DNA of 64,000 nucleotides from assembly GCA_002168225.1 (NCBI GenBank), contig NHBH01000001.1, positions 288,188-352,187 of the forward strand, in the 5' to 3' direction. Every line of letters begins with the position of its first letter. Position 1 is the stretch's first letter. The position numbers and the translations under genes were made by a program. Under the pieces are notes generated by a model. The model was not told where the DNA came from and searched no databases. It worked only from the letters and a program-made list of their open reading frames with translations. The DNA comes from Micavibrio sp. TMED2. GTDB lineage: Bacteria; Pseudomonadota; Alphaproteobacteria; TMED2. Below are positions 31,032 to 41,343 of the stretch, piece by piece.

Positions 31032-31754
31032 TCAGGCGTCGGCGCTGTCGGTTTTGAACTGATCCGGCAGCATCTTCGCCCAGAGTGATCCATCAAGCCG
31101 CGCTATCGCTTCCCGATGCGCGGCTTGTTCCGTTTCGGGGATCGGCGCATGGGCGCGCGCCGGACGCACAGGCTTTTTGACGATTGCGGTGGTGTTGCCA
31201 TCAGCTTCCGCAGCCTGATTGGCATTGAGACCCAGACCCGGTTCCCGGCCACCGCGCAGTTCCAGATAGACCTCGGCCAGCAATTCGGAATCCAGCAATG
31301 CGCCGTGCAGGGTACGGTTCGAGTTATCGACCCCGAAACGGCGGCAGAGCGCATCAAGCGTTGCCTGGGCACCCGGAAACTTGCGGCGAGCCATGGCCAG
31401 CGTATCAATCGCCCGGCTTGGCGGCATTGGTTTGAAGCCGAGCGCGGTCAGCTCCGCATTCAGGAACTTCATATCAAAGCTGGCATTGTGAATGACCAGC
31501 GGATCATCCTTGATGAAGTCGAGAAAATCCCCGGCGATCTCGGCGAAAACCTTGTGCTGCTTCAGAAACTCTTCGGACAGGCCGTGGACCCGTTCGGCCT
31601 CTGCCGGCATATCGCGTTCTGGGTTGATATAGACGTGATAGGTCTTGCCGGTTGGCACATTGTTGATGACCTCGACACAGCCGATTTCAACAATCCGGTG
31701 GCCATCATTGGGGTCGATGCCGGTGGTTTCTGTATCGAGGACGATTTCGCGCAT
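31032..31754 (-). CDS. dnaQ: DNA polymerase III subunit epsilon (DnaQ 3'-5' exonuclease)
   Basis: Exo I LDTETTG, Exo [12 protein letters not shown], Exo [13 protein letters not shown]. Confidence 0.9.
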   Translation of the reverse strand: MREIVLDTETTGIDPNDGHRIVEIGCVEVINNVPTGKTYHVYINPERDMPAEAERVHGLSEEFLKQHKVFAEIAGDFLDFIKDDPLVIHNASFDMKFLNAELTALGFKPMPPSRAIDTLAMARRKFPGAQATLDALCRRFGVDNSNRTLHGALLDSELLAEVYLELRGGREPGLGLNANQAAEADGNTTAIVKKPVRPARAHAPIPETEQAAHREAIARLDGSLWAKMLPDQFKTDSADA

Positions 31755-31793
31755 TACATAAGGACTGTCTGTCAGTGTCAGGGATCACCCAAC

Positions 31794-32510
31794 TTAGGAA
31801 GCCCGCACCGATGGTGTCCAGCGGTCGGGGTTTTCCGGGACAAAAAGCGGTGGATGAGTTGGGCATAACCGGCGCGGGTTGAGCCTCACCTTGCCCGATC
31901 GTAATTGTCGCAACAGAGCGGCCATCTGGCGCCAGGCCGGTTTGCGACCGATGCCGGTCTGGATAACATAATCGGCCTGGCGGCGCTTTTGGCGATCGGG
32001 CAGCTGTTTGCCGAGCAGTATGGCGAATTTCTCTGCCGTCATGCCGGGCCGGGCCATGACCCGTTGGCGCTGCAGAAACGCCGGGGCGGTGACCACAACC
32101 ACCAGATCGCAGCGCCGATGGCCACCGGTTTCAAACAGCAGCGGAATGTCGAGTACCAGTTCCGGCGCATGGGCGATGGCGGCGGCGCGTCGGGCTTGCT
32201 GCTGGACCTTGCGCACCAGTGGATGCAGGATGGCCTCAAGCTTTTTTAGGTCTTCCGGGTGTTCGGCGATATGCCGGGACAGACAGGCGCGATCAATGCG
32301 CGGGCCATCGCCATCACTGACAAGGCAGGCGGGGAAGGCATCGGCCAGCGCGGGTACCGCCTCACCCTTCGCGGCCATCAGTCGATGGACGGCTAGGTCG
32401 GCGTCGAATACCTGCACCCCGGCGCGTTTGAGCATCCGGGCAGCGGTGGATTTGCCCATGCCGATCGAGCCGGTAAGGCCAATAATTACTGGGCGCGTCG
32501 CATTGCCCAT
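31794..32510 (-). CDS. coaE: Dephospho-CoA kinase CoaE, with C-terminal extension
   Basis: IIGLTGSIGMGKST P-loop. Confidence 0.85.
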   Translation of the reverse strand: MGNATRPVIIGLTGSIGMGKSTAARMLKRAGVQVFDADLAVHRLMAAKGEAVPALADAFPACLVSDGDGPRIDRACLSRHIAEHPEDLKKLEAILHPLVRKVQQQARRAAAIAHAPELVLDIPLLFETGGHRRCDLVVVVTAPAFLQRQRVMARPGMTAEKFAILLGKQLPDRQKRRQADYVIQTGIGRKPAWRQMAALLRQLRSGKVRLNPRRLCPTHPPLFVPENPDRWTPSVRAS

Positions 32511-33394
32511 CAGTCGTTATCCCGGAGCTGGTCCAGCATGAAGTGGCGCAGGCCGCTGTCCACCTCGGGCTTTACCCCGTGCCAGAGCTCGAAACTGGCC
32601 TGTGCCTGAAACAACAGCATGTCCAGCCCGTCGACGATCTTGAGGTCGCGGTCGCGGGCAGCCGAGAGCAGTGGTGTGATCAGTGGCGCATAGACGATGT
32701 CCGCCACCACGGCGTCGCTCTGCAGCGGCGTCAGGTCGAGATCGAGCGGCGGTTTGCCGATCATGCCGAGGCTGGTGGTGTTGATCAGGAGGCCGGTTTC
32801 CATGAGCAGTTCGGCGCGTTCTGCCCAGTCACAGGCGCTGATCTCGGCCTGTGGGTAAAACTGTTGAAAATCATCAGAAAGATGCCTTGCCTTATCAAGC
32901 GTACGGTTGGTAATCACCAGCCTGCGGTATCCGGCCTGCAAGACGGCATCGATGACCGCACGGGCGGCACCACCGGCACCAACCACCGTAACCTGCCGGT
33001 TTTCCTCAATCTGACGCTTGATTTCCGGCCCTGCCTGCCGGTCGAGGCAGGCACGAAAGCCGTATGCGTCCGTATTATGCCCTTCGAGTGTACCGTCCTT
33101 GTGGACAAGTATCGTGTTCACGGCGCCCAGCCGTTTCGCCGTCGCCTCAATCTTGTCGAGACAGGGGATAACCGCCTGTTTGTGCGGGACGGTGACATTG
33201 ACCCCGGCAATGCCGAGGGCGGGCAGCCCGGCAACCGCCTGCTCAACCCGCTCGGGATCCACCGGCAGTGGTAGATAACTGCCGTCGATGCCGTGCTTCT
33301 GCAGCCAGTAACCATGCAGTTTCGGTGACAGCGAATGACTGACCGGCCAGCCGATCAGTCCGGTGACGGTCGCGGCTCCAGAGATAAAATTCAT
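32510..33394 (-). CDS. aroE: Shikimate dehydrogenase AroE
   Basis: GLIGWPVSHSLSPKLH, NVTVPHK, NTDAYGF and GAGGAARA motifs. 4-nt overlap with coaE. Confidence 0.9.
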   Translation of the reverse strand: MNFISGAATVTGLIGWPVSHSLSPKLHGYWLQKHGIDGSYLPLPVDPERVEQAVAGLPALGIAGVNVTVPHKQAVIPCLDKIEATAKRLGAVNTILVHKDGTLEGHNTDAYGFRACLDRQAGPEIKRQIEENRQVTVVGAGGAARAVIDAVLQAGYRRLVITNRTLDKARHLSDDFQQFYPQAEISACDWAERAELLMETGLLINTTSLGMIGKPPLDLDLTPLQSDAVVADIVYAPLITPLLSAARDRDLKIVDGLDMLLFQAQASFELWHGVKPEVDSGLRHFMLDQLRDND

Positions 33395-33590
33395 GTCCGG
33401 CTGTCCCTTCGCCTGTCTTTTTACTGCGGGATTTCAGTGACAGCGTTTTATGGGCAATCGGGATGGGGTCACGCAAGCATATTGCGAAGCGGATATCCTG
33501 ATACATATTCTGGCGTCCCGGCATTGCTATCGCTATGATCGGCGTTCAGGTTTGGGCAGTTCGGTCGGGTTACGAAGGATAAAACAGGTT

Positions 33591-34310
33591 ATGTCTCCAC
33601 TGACATTGCGGGCATTCAGCATCATGATGTTGTTCATGGGCCTTGCCTTGCCATTGACCGCAAAACCGGTTCTGGCTCAGGATTCCCTGCTGCCGAAACT
33701 TTTCGCCGATGATGAGGCCGAACAGGAAGAGGCCGAACAGGCCGCATCCGAAGAGAGCGGCGGTCCGAAATTAGATTTGAATGCACCGGGTGTTGCCGAT
33801 TGTCCCGATGCGCCCGACGATGCCTATGTCTTTATTCCCGAACCATTCTATAACTGGGCCAAGCTCGAGTGCCGGGCCGAGGGCCACTTTATTACAGCCG
33901 CCGATGGCTATGACTGGCGCAGCATGGAGGGTGAGCTGTTCGAGGTGACGGCCAAGAACAATGACGATCTCGTCGCTGTGGCCAACCAGTTGCCCTATTT
34001 CACCACCATGGGTGTCGCCCAGCTGGACACCAGCCAGGCGCTCCATGCCGGGGAATTGATCGACGCCCTTCTCGGCCAGCTCACCATCAGCACGCGCCCG
34101 GACATCAACAAGGGTGACTTTGATGAATACTGGCGCCTTTATGCCCTGACCAAGGGGCAGGTGCAGATTGACCTATATTTCTTCCTGATCAATGGTCTGC
34201 CGCAATATTTCGTATTCTGTGAGAAGGCCTGTTCCGGTGGCCGCAAGCCACAGATCGTTCGCGTTATTGCCAGCAGCGATATCCTCAATCAGAACCGGCT
34301 GAGCCAGTAG
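33591..34310 (+). CDS. Hypothetical secreted protein
   Basis: Signal peptide MSPLTLRAFSIMMLFMGLALPLTAKPVLAQ. Acidic low-complexity stretch, then a Cys-containing domain. Start at internal Met. Confidence 0.5.
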   Translation: MSPLTLRAFSIMMLFMGLALPLTAKPVLAQDSLLPKLFADDEAEQEEAEQAASEESGGPKLDLNAPGVADCPDAPDDAYVFIPEPFYNWAKLECRAEGHFITAADGYDWRSMEGELFEVTAKNNDDLVAVANQLPYFTTMGVAQLDTSQALHAGELIDALLGQLTISTRPDINKGDFDEYWRLYALTKGQVQIDLYFFLINGLPQYFVFCEKACSGGRKPQIVRVIASSDILNQNRLSQ

Positions 34311-34345
34311 CCGGTTTCCCGGTACTGGACAGCTGATACTGGACA

Positions 34346-35059
34346 ATGGCCAAGGACCGTTCCGGCAAGCACGGCAATAACGACAAGCCACAGCCATCAC
34401 AGGCAAATGATGCTGATCCCGATCGGCAACTGTGGCAGCGCGTGGCTTCTACCGTTGCGCCAATCAGCTCAAAATCCGCCAACCGCTTTACACCAGAAAC
34501 CGATAAACCACCCAAGGCCCGGCAACAGGCTCTGGCATCGGAGCAGCCACATCAACCGGGCACGGATCTGACGCCGCTCAAAAACCTGAAATCGGGATTG
34601 CTCGGCAGCGGCAGCCGCGATGTGGCGCAACAGCCGTCACCTGCCGTTCAGAGGGCGATGCCGGTCTGGGATGTGGAGGGTGCGGATACGCCGGATGTGG
34701 ACCGGCGCACGGCACAGAAGCTGCGGCGTGGACAGTTGCCAATTGATGCCCGCATCGATCTGCATGGCGATCGCCAACATCAGGCCCAGCAGCGGCTGAC
34801 CCGCTTTATTCTGGCAAGCCACAGTGCAGGCCATCGCTGTGTGCTGGTGATAACCGGCAAGGGCACCCGCCACCGCAGGCAGCCGGACGTTGCCATGACG
34901 GGCGATGTAAACGATCCGCAGCCCGGTGTTATTCGCCGCCGCCTGCTTGATTGGCTCTCGGCACCTGCATTGCGACCACTGATCCTGGCGGTCAAGACAG
35001 CGCGCCCGGGCGATGGTGGCCGTGGCGCATTCTATGTCCTGCTCCGGCGCAATCGCTGA
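34346..35059 (+). CDS. Smr (MutS2 C-terminal-like) domain protein
   Basis: IDLHGDRQHQAQQRLTRFILASHSAGHRCVLVITGKG is the Smr core motif. Confidence 0.65.
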   Translation: MAKDRSGKHGNNDKPQPSQANDADPDRQLWQRVASTVAPISSKSANRFTPETDKPPKARQQALASEQPHQPGTDLTPLKNLKSGLLGSGSRDVAQQPSPAVQRAMPVWDVEGADTPDVDRRTAQKLRRGQLPIDARIDLHGDRQHQAQQRLTRFILASHSAGHRCVLVITGKGTRHRRQPDVAMTGDVNDPQPGVIRRRLLDWLSAPALRPLILAVKTARPGDGGRGAFYVLLRRNR

Positions 35060-35162
35060 ACCCGGATACAAGAACACATGGCGCAGGAATGATGTTCCGG
35101 CAGGCCGTTGTGTCGATCAGATTTTAAGGAAGATATCGGAGGGTTTGGGAAGGCAGCTGCCC

Positions 35163-35240
35163 GAGCGGGGGGATGGGGGATGGGGGATGCCCGAACAGCT
35201 GCCGATTCCAAACCGACGTCGGGAATGGGGTGGGGGTCGA
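35163..35240. repeat. G-tract cluster: (GGGGAT)x3-like tandem repeat GGGGGGATGGGGGATGGGGGATG plus GGGAATGGGGTGGGGG, flanked by CAGCTG- and CGACGTCG-type palindromes. Potential G-quadruplex.
   Basis: Seen in sequence within the ~520-bp smr–RHH intergenic region, which is otherwise AT-rich. Confidence 0.5.
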
Positions 35241-35582
35241 CGTCGTGTGATGCTGTTCTATGACATTTTTCTGAAAGCGCCAGAAGAAAATGTACAAAAA
35301 AGATAAAAATTTATCGACCTTTTAGCCAACTAGCTGAAACCAATAAAAAATAAGCTTTGTATCCATATTAACATTTTTTTCGAACCAGCGAAAAAATGCC
35401 GTTTTGACCGGTTTTCAGGTGGAAAAATCATAAAACTGATTGCCGTTATCGCAAGGTCCGTACTGGCGCGATTGCATCAACTGAAGCGCGAATAATATTG
35501 AAAAATAAACGCTTGGGTTGCATTCAGGATATTTACAGCTGTAGGTATAAACCAGCCAATGCGATTCATTATCAAGTGATGC

Positions 35583-35903
35583 GTGAACTTTATGACCGAG
35601 CAGTCCCACGATATGGACCAGGTGAGCCGGAGTATAACAATCAATGGCCGCCGTACCAGCATCAGAATGGAGCGCAGTGTCTGGCAATCGCTGTCAGAAA
35701 TTGCAGAGAATGAAGAGGCCCGCCTCCGCGACCTGATTGCCATGATCGATGATATTCGCGGGGATAACGGGCTGACCGCTTCCCTGCGGGTATTCATCAT
35801 CAATTACTACCGTGCCCACAGCATCATGCAGCCAGCCTCGGCTACGGGCGGTAAAAAGGCAGGTTCGCCACGCATAGAGGCTGTGCTGGCCACTCTTCGC
35901 TGA
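35583..35903 (+). CDS. Ribbon-helix-helix (RHH_4-like) domain protein
   Basis: ITINGRRTSIRMERSVWQSLSEIAENEEARLRDLIAMID matches the RHH_4 pattern. Confidence 0.55.
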   Translation: MNFMTEQSHDMDQVSRSITINGRRTSIRMERSVWQSLSEIAENEEARLRDLIAMIDDIRGDNGLTASLRVFIINYYRAHSIMQPASATGGKKAGSPRIEAVLATLR

Positions 35904-35924
35904 TAATCAATCGCCAGCCGGTAA

Positions 35925-36827
35925 TCAGGCTGCCCGATCTGCCGGTGCCCATTGACAGAGGGCAACGGCATAATCCGGCGTGTGATCATAGCGGTCGATG
36001 AGGCGCGAGAGCCGTTCCGGCACCGCCGGTTGCCCGGCACTTTCTGCCAGATCGCGCAGATGAATGCCCGAGGTGACGAGGCAGGCATCCAGCCCGGCGC
36101 GTTTGGCACCGGTAACATCGGTCGCCATGCTGTCACCAACCGCCAGTATACGGGCCTGCTGCCCCAGCCCGAGGCGGTCGCGGCAGGTCTGATAGATCGG
36201 CGCATGGGGTTTGCCGTGATAGGCGACGTCCCCGCCCTGCTCGGCATAATATCTGGCAAAGCTGCCGGCACAGATGGCGAGACGGTCACCACCGGCATTC
36301 ACGATCAGATCGGGGTTGGCGCAGAGCAAGGGCAGGCCCTTTGCCAGCCCGGCATCCAGTGCGGGTTGATATTGCTCCAGCGTCTCACTCTTATCCCCGA
36401 TCCCGATGGCCAGCATGAAATCGGCATCGGCGGGATCATCGGCCAGGGATTTGCCGGTTCCTTCAACCAGCTCCTCGGCTTCCTCACGCGGGGACAGGGC
36501 ATAGGCCGCTGTACCCAGCCGCCGGTGCCAGTCATCGGCGGGTTGCTTCAGCGCCTGATGGGTGGCCTCGCCCGAGGTCACCAGATGGTCATAGAGTTCC
36601 GGCAGCAGGCCGAGGCTGTTGAGGCGATCAACTGTGGCAAATTCCCGACGCGGCACATTGGACAGGAGGCAGACCTGTTTGCCGGTCTGTTTCAGTGCCT
36701 GCAGTGTCGATACCGCATGGTCATAGGCACGAACCCCATCATGCAGGACACCCCAGAGATCGAGGATAAAGGCATCATAATCCGCCGCAATGTCGGATAA
36801 TCCGGGTATCTGCTGGCATGTTGTCAT
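35925..36827 (-). CDS. HAD-superfamily class IIA hydrolase (TIGR01459 family)
   Basis: FILDLWGVLHDG motif I, …LLSNVPRR…, AVGDSMATD motif. Confidence 0.75.
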   Translation of the reverse strand: MTTCQQIPGLSDIAADYDAFILDLWGVLHDGVRAYDHAVSTLQALKQTGKQVCLLSNVPRREFATVDRLNSLGLLPELYDHLVTSGEATHQALKQPADDWHRRLGTAAYALSPREEAEELVEGTGKSLADDPADADFMLAIGIGDKSETLEQYQPALDAGLAKGLPLLCANPDLIVNAGGDRLAICAGSFARYYAEQGGDVAYHGKPHAPIYQTCRDRLGLGQQARILAVGDSMATDVTGAKRAGLDACLVTSGIHLRDLAESAGQPAVPERLSRLIDRYDHTPDYAVALCQWAPADRAA

Positions 36828-37106
36828 CTGGTTTTACGATCCGGTTTCGGTCTCTGTTCACAACAGCATGGTGATCGCTCGGCAGGCCGGTGGTGGTCAA
36901 GCGCGGTTCTGTGACAATCAGCTGCTGATCAACCGGTTTTGCCGCAACTGTTGCGCCATGGGCGTTATCCGACGGGATTTGTTGAAAAATTGTTCAGCCG
37001 ATTGTTCCTATCGCCGCATTATCGGCTATTCTGATCCGCGTCACACCAGCGCCCGTTCGGGCTGTCCGGTCAGTAACCGGCAAATCATAAAAAGGATGAC
37101 ACGCAT

Positions 37107-38192
37107 ATGGCTGCCGCGAAAGAACGCCGCAAGGTCGCCCTCATCACCGGTATCACGGGCCAGGACGGAGCGCTGCTGGCGGAACTGCTGCTGCAGAAGG
37201 GCTATCAGGTCCATGGCACCAAGCGCCGGTCATCATCCTTCAACACGCCGCGGGTTGATCACCTCTATCAGGACCCGCACGAAACCAACCGCCGGTTCCA
37301 TCTGCATTATGCCGATATGACCGATGCCACCAACCTGATCCGTCTGGTTCAGGAGGTACAGCCGTCGGAAGTCTATAACCTCGCGGCACAGTCACATGTA
37401 AAGGTGTCGTTCGAGACGCCGGAATATACCGCCAATTCCGATGCCATGGGACCGCTCCGGCTGCTGGAGGCGATCCGTATTCTGAACATGGAGGACGAGG
37501 TGCGCTTCTATCAGGCATCGACCTCTGAACTCTACGGCAAGGTGCAGGAAACCCCGCAGAAAGAGACCACACCGTTCTATCCGCGCTCACCCTACGCCGT
37601 TGCCAAGCTGTACGGCTACTGGATCACCGTGAACTACCGTGAAGCCTATGGCATGCACGCCTCCAACGGCATCCTGTTCAACCATGAAGGCCCGACGCGG
37701 GGGGAGACATTCGTTACCCGCAAGATCACCCGTGCAGTGGCCTCGATCCATCACGGCTTCCAGAAATGCCTGTTCCTCGGCAACATGGATGCCAAGCGTG
37801 ACTGGGGCCATGCCCGTGATTTCGTCGAGGGCATGTGGCGTATCCTGCAGCAGGACAAGGCCGATGATTATGTCCTCGCCACCGGTGAGACCCATTCGGT
37901 CCGCGAATTTGTCAGCCTCGCCTTCCAGCAGATTGGCCGTACCATCGACTGGCAGGGCAGCGGGGTTGAGGAAAAGGGGCTGTGTGCCGAAACTGGCGAG
38001 CAGCTGGTGGCCATCGATCCGCGCTATTTCCGTCCGACCGAGGTTGACCTGCTGCTCGGTGATCCTAGCAAGGCAAAACGGGTTCTGGGCTGGGAGCACA
38101 AGACCGCGTTCGAGGATCTGGTCGCCGAGATGGTCCGCGCCGATATGAAGAACGTGCTGCTCGAGCGTGATCGCAAGCAGGTCGATGACTGA
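37107..38192 (+). CDS. gmd: GDP-mannose 4,6-dehydratase
   Basis: [29 protein letters not shown], active-site YAVAKLY and full-length Gmd blocks. RBS AAAGGA. Confidence 0.95.
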   Translation: MAAAKERRKVALITGITGQDGALLAELLLQKGYQVHGTKRRSSSFNTPRVDHLYQDPHETNRRFHLHYADMTDATNLIRLVQEVQPSEVYNLAAQSHVKVSFETPEYTANSDAMGPLRLLEAIRILNMEDEVRFYQASTSELYGKVQETPQKETTPFYPRSPYAVAKLYGYWITVNYREAYGMHASNGILFNHEGPTRGETFVTRKITRAVASIHHGFQKCLFLGNMDAKRDWGHARDFVEGMWRILQQDKADDYVLATGETHSVREFVSLAFQQIGRTIDWQGSGVEEKGLCAETGEQLVAIDPRYFRPTEVDLLLGDPSKAKRVLGWEHKTAFEDLVAEMVRADMKNVLLERDRKQVDD

Positions 38193-39108
38193 TCAGGGTA
38201 CCGATGGCGGATCAGACATTGTCTTTGGCAGTCATGAACCGCACGCCGCGCCATATAGCGCCCGGGCCAGACGCCCGCATCACAATGACATGGTGCTGAT
38301 GCGCGATGCGCAGGAGCTGGCCCGTGATGAGGCGCGGCAGGGCTTCTATCGCGATCTGGTGCTGCTCACCCTCATCTGCCTGCCGACCCTTATGGTGATC
38401 GTGTTTCTGGCCGGTGCCGGGTTGTCGGCGGCGGGGGCGTTTCTGCTGATCGGCCTCGGTGCCGCCGCTGCACTCGGGTTTGTCTGGTATCAGTGGCAGA
38501 ACGCCCTGCTCGGCATCAAGGACGCGGTCTATTACCGGCTGGCGGCGGGTTATGACCTTATCTATGGCCGCAACCCACCGCGCGGGCGGCTGAAGCCGCT
38601 GATTACATTGTTTGAGATATTGGGCTGCATTCCACGCGGGCAGTATCATGTGGCGCGGCACTGGTTTGTCGGGCCGCTCGGCGGTGCCGATGGTCAGGCC
38701 TTTGAGCTTACAGTGTGGCGCTGGCGGGAAGAGGAGTTGCGCCCGGTCCGGGTGTTTCAGGGCCTCTGCGCTCGCTTTGCCCTCGCCCGGCCGATCAAGG
38801 GATCGGTGCGGTTGCGTGCCGATGGCAATCCCGATCAGGGCAGTGACCTGACCCTCGCCCACCGGTTGCTGACCCCGCCGGTGCGCGCTGCCCTCGCCCG
38901 GCTGCGCGCGCGCCATGGCGACAGGATATCCGCCGTGATCCGCGATGGGTTGCTGTTCGTTGCCATCGACCTGCAGCGTCCATGGTACAGGCTGCCCGGC
39001 CTGTTTGCGGAAGAGGTGAATATGACCCATATACCGGCAACGGCTGATGATATTGAAATGCTCTGGGATCTGGCCGCCGCGCTCGATGCGGGATGGTCCG
39101 GTTCCTGA
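38185..39108 (+). CDS. Hypothetical membrane protein inserted between gmd and fcl. ATG overlaps the gmd stop (ATGACTGA).
   Basis: Two TM helices ([22 protein letters not shown]…[18 protein letters not shown]) then a ~200-aa soluble domain without recognised motifs. Confidence 0.45.
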   Translation: MTDQGTDGGSDIVFGSHEPHAAPYSARARRPHHNDMVLMRDAQELARDEARQGFYRDLVLLTLICLPTLMVIVFLAGAGLSAAGAFLLIGLGAAAALGFVWYQWQNALLGIKDAVYYRLAAGYDLIYGRNPPRGRLKPLITLFEILGCIPRGQYHVARHWFVGPLGGADGQAFELTVWRWREEELRPVRVFQGLCARFALARPIKGSVRLRADGNPDQGSDLTLAHRLLTPPVRAALARLRARHGDRISAVIRDGLLFVAIDLQRPWYRLPGLFAEEVNMTHIPATADDIEMLWDLAAALDAGWSGS

Positions 39109-39147
39109 CGGAACATGATATGCTGGATGCAGCAGGAGAAACCGGAC

Positions 39148-40119
39148 ATGACAAAACTCTATGATCTGAGCGGCAAGCGGGTCTGGGTCGCGGGCCATCG
39201 CGGGATGGTTGGTTCGGCCATCGTCCGGCGGCTGGCCGATATGGGGTGCGAGGTGCTGACGGTCGGGCGCGACATCGCCGATCTGCGCCGTCAGGCCGAA
39301 ATCGAGGCGTGGCTGGCCGAGGCTAAGCCCGAGGCAATCTTCCTCGCCGCCGCCACCGTTGGCGGCATTCATGCCAATGACACAAGGCCCGGTGAGTTTC
39401 TGTATGACAACCTGATGATCGAGGGCAATGTCATTGAGGCTGCCCGGCGCATCGGGGTTGAAAAGCTGATGCTGCTCGGCTCGTCCTGCATCTATCCGCG
39501 CATGGCGACACAGCCGATGGATGAGGCACAGCTGCTGACCGGTCCGCTCGAGCCGACCAATGAGTGGTATGCCATCGCCAAGATTGCCGGCATCAAGCTG
39601 TGTCAGGCCTATCGCAAGCAATATGGCTGTGACTTTGTCTCGGTCATGCCGACCAATCTCTATGGACCCGGCGACAATTTCGATCTGGCGCAATCCCATG
39701 TGATCCCGGCCCTGATGCGCAAGGCTCACGAGGCAAAGCAGCGGGGCGATGCCGCCCTGCCCGTCTGGGGCACTGGCAAGCCGAAGCGCGAATTCCTGCA
39801 TGTGGACGATATGGCCGATGCCTGTGTTTATGTGATGGAGCATTACAGCGATGCGCCGCAGGTCAATGTGGGCACCGGCGAGGATTTGAGCATTGCCGAT
39901 CTCGCTCATCTGGTGGCCGAAACCGTTGGCTATGAGGGCGAGTTGCAATTCGATCCGGACAAGCCCGATGGCACCCCGCGCAAGCTGCTTGATGTCAGCC
40001 GCCTCCATGCCCTCGGCTGGCGTCACCGTATCGATCTGCCGCAAGGGCTCACCGGCACCTATCAGTGGTTCCTCGACAACTACCGCGACGCCCGGCTCGA
40101 GGTGGCGGTAGGTCAGTAA
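39148..40119 (+). CDS. fcl: GDP-L-fucose synthase (GDP-4-keto-6-deoxy-D-mannose 3,5-epimerase/4-reductase)
   Basis: RVWVAGHRGMVGSAIVRRL, YAIAKIAG active site. RBS AGGAG 9 nt upstream of ATG 39148. Confidence 0.9.
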   Translation: MTKLYDLSGKRVWVAGHRGMVGSAIVRRLADMGCEVLTVGRDIADLRRQAEIEAWLAEAKPEAIFLAAATVGGIHANDTRPGEFLYDNLMIEGNVIEAARRIGVEKLMLLGSSCIYPRMATQPMDEAQLLTGPLEPTNEWYAIAKIAGIKLCQAYRKQYGCDFVSVMPTNLYGPGDNFDLAQSHVIPALMRKAHEAKQRGDAALPVWGTGKPKREFLHVDDMADACVYVMEHYSDAPQVNVGTGEDLSIADLAHLVAETVGYEGELQFDPDKPDGTPRKLLDVSRLHALGWRHRIDLPQGLTGTYQWFLDNYRDARLEVAVGQ

Positions 40120-40230
40120 GCCCGCCTTCCCCTCACTGCTTCGCCCTTCCCCCTCGGTTCTTTTTCGGAACCATGTCCGTCAGCCGTTTGTTTCCTGAAC
40201 AGGCTAGAGACGAGGGAAGGATTGAAGGAA

Positions 40231-40560
40231 ATGCTGAGGAAATCAAAAAGACTGTTGAATGTCAGCGGCTTAATGGTGCTGAGTGCAGCCATCATCATAC
40301 CGGCTGCAATTGCCCATGCGCAGGATGCCGAAAAATCCGGTGTTTATGATACCCGGATACGTATGGCGGCGAATATCAGTTCCAGCATTCCAGACAGCGT
40401 CAGCGACTACCGCTTCCAGCAACAGCCATCGGACACGATTTATGTCAGCAACACGGTTGTTGACGGCGAGAATGTTGACCAGATTGCCGAGGCCGATACC
40501 TACCGCGCTTTCGGCCCGCCGCTTGATCTGATCCTGACAACCAAGGGTATTCAGAAATAA
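40231..40560 (+). CDS. Small hypothetical secreted protein
   Basis: Signal peptide MLRKSKRLLNVSGLMVLSAAIIIPAAIAHAQ. RBS GAAGGAA. Confidence 0.45.
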   Translation: MLRKSKRLLNVSGLMVLSAAIIIPAAIAHAQDAEKSGVYDTRIRMAANISSSIPDSVSDYRFQQQPSDTIYVSNTVVDGENVDQIAEADTYRAFGPPLDLILTTKGIQK

Positions 40561-40629
40561 GTGCACAGGGTTTGCCGGTTGTCCCCCGTGTATCCATGAC
40601 AGAGTTACCCCTCGACATGGAGATACGAG

Positions 40630-41208
40630 ATGACCGACGAGATTACTGGTAAGAAACGTGATTATACCAAGCTGGGCTGGTTTGCCCTCGGTGCCTGTGG
40701 CGGAGTGCTGTCGGTACTGGCAGCCGGTGCCCTGCTGTTGCCTGCCGCAGCCGATGCAAGGCGCGGCGAGTGGTCGGAAGGCCATGGCGGCGGCGGTCCG
40801 ATGGGCCATATGATCGAAATGTTCCAGAAGGCCGATACCGATAACAGCAAGAGCATTTCCCTTGGCGAATTCAAGGCCGCGGGTATGGAGCGTTTCGAGA
40901 CCATGGACACCGATGGTGATGGCTCGATTTCCAAGGATGAAACCCTTGAGCATATGATCGAGCGCCTGAAACAGCGGGTCGACAAGATCTATTCCCGCCG
41001 AGATCAAGATGGCGATGGCTCGATCAGCGAAGAGGAATTTGCCGAGCAGAGCCTGATCATGTTCGGTCGCCTTGATCGGAACTTTGATGGTGAATTGAGC
41101 CGCAAGGATATGCGCCGTCACGGCGGTTTCGGTGGCCATCGCGACCATCATGGTAAGCCCGATATGGATGGCGACAAGCCGGAGCCGGGCGAAGCAGGTG
41201 ACCGATAA
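40630..41208 (+). CDS. EF-hand calcium-binding protein (periplasmic/membrane-anchored, 3–4 EF-hand loops)
   Basis: Loops DTDNSKSISLGE, DTDGDGSISKDE, DQDGDGSISEEE, DRNFDGELSRKD. N-terminal hydrophobic segment. Confidence 0.7.
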   Translation: MTDEITGKKRDYTKLGWFALGACGGVLSVLAAGALLLPAAADARRGEWSEGHGGGGPMGHMIEMFQKADTDNSKSISLGEFKAAGMERFETMDTDGDGSISKDETLEHMIERLKQRVDKIYSRRDQDGDGSISEEEFAEQSLIMFGRLDRNFDGELSRKDMRRHGGFGGHRDHHGKPDMDGDKPEPGEAGDR

Positions 41209-41343
41209 CAGCTTGAAGTATAAAATTGGATTTAGGGCGGTGCCGATGGTGCCGCCCTTTTCATATGCGCTATCTGTTTGTAACCACTTGCCATGACAGC
41301 TAGATTTGTCGGGCTGAAATTTATACGCCCACGGGTTCGATCC

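Noticed and set aside
35468-35484. Sigma-54-like promoter TGGCGCG-A-TTGCA
   Set aside because: Spacing between the GG and GC elements is wrong (N1 instead of the N4 needed for a 10-bp GG–GC distance).
38212-40044. 610-aa minus-strand ORF spanning the hypothetical membrane protein and fcl. Also similar long antisense ORFs at 40270–41463, 47648–48880, 48814–49923, 54419–55504, 4547–5539, 7044–8369.
   Set aside because: All lie antisense to genes with strong domain evidence. Their translations are Gly/Arg/His/Leu-biased with no motifs, as expected for open antisense frames in ~60% GC DNA.
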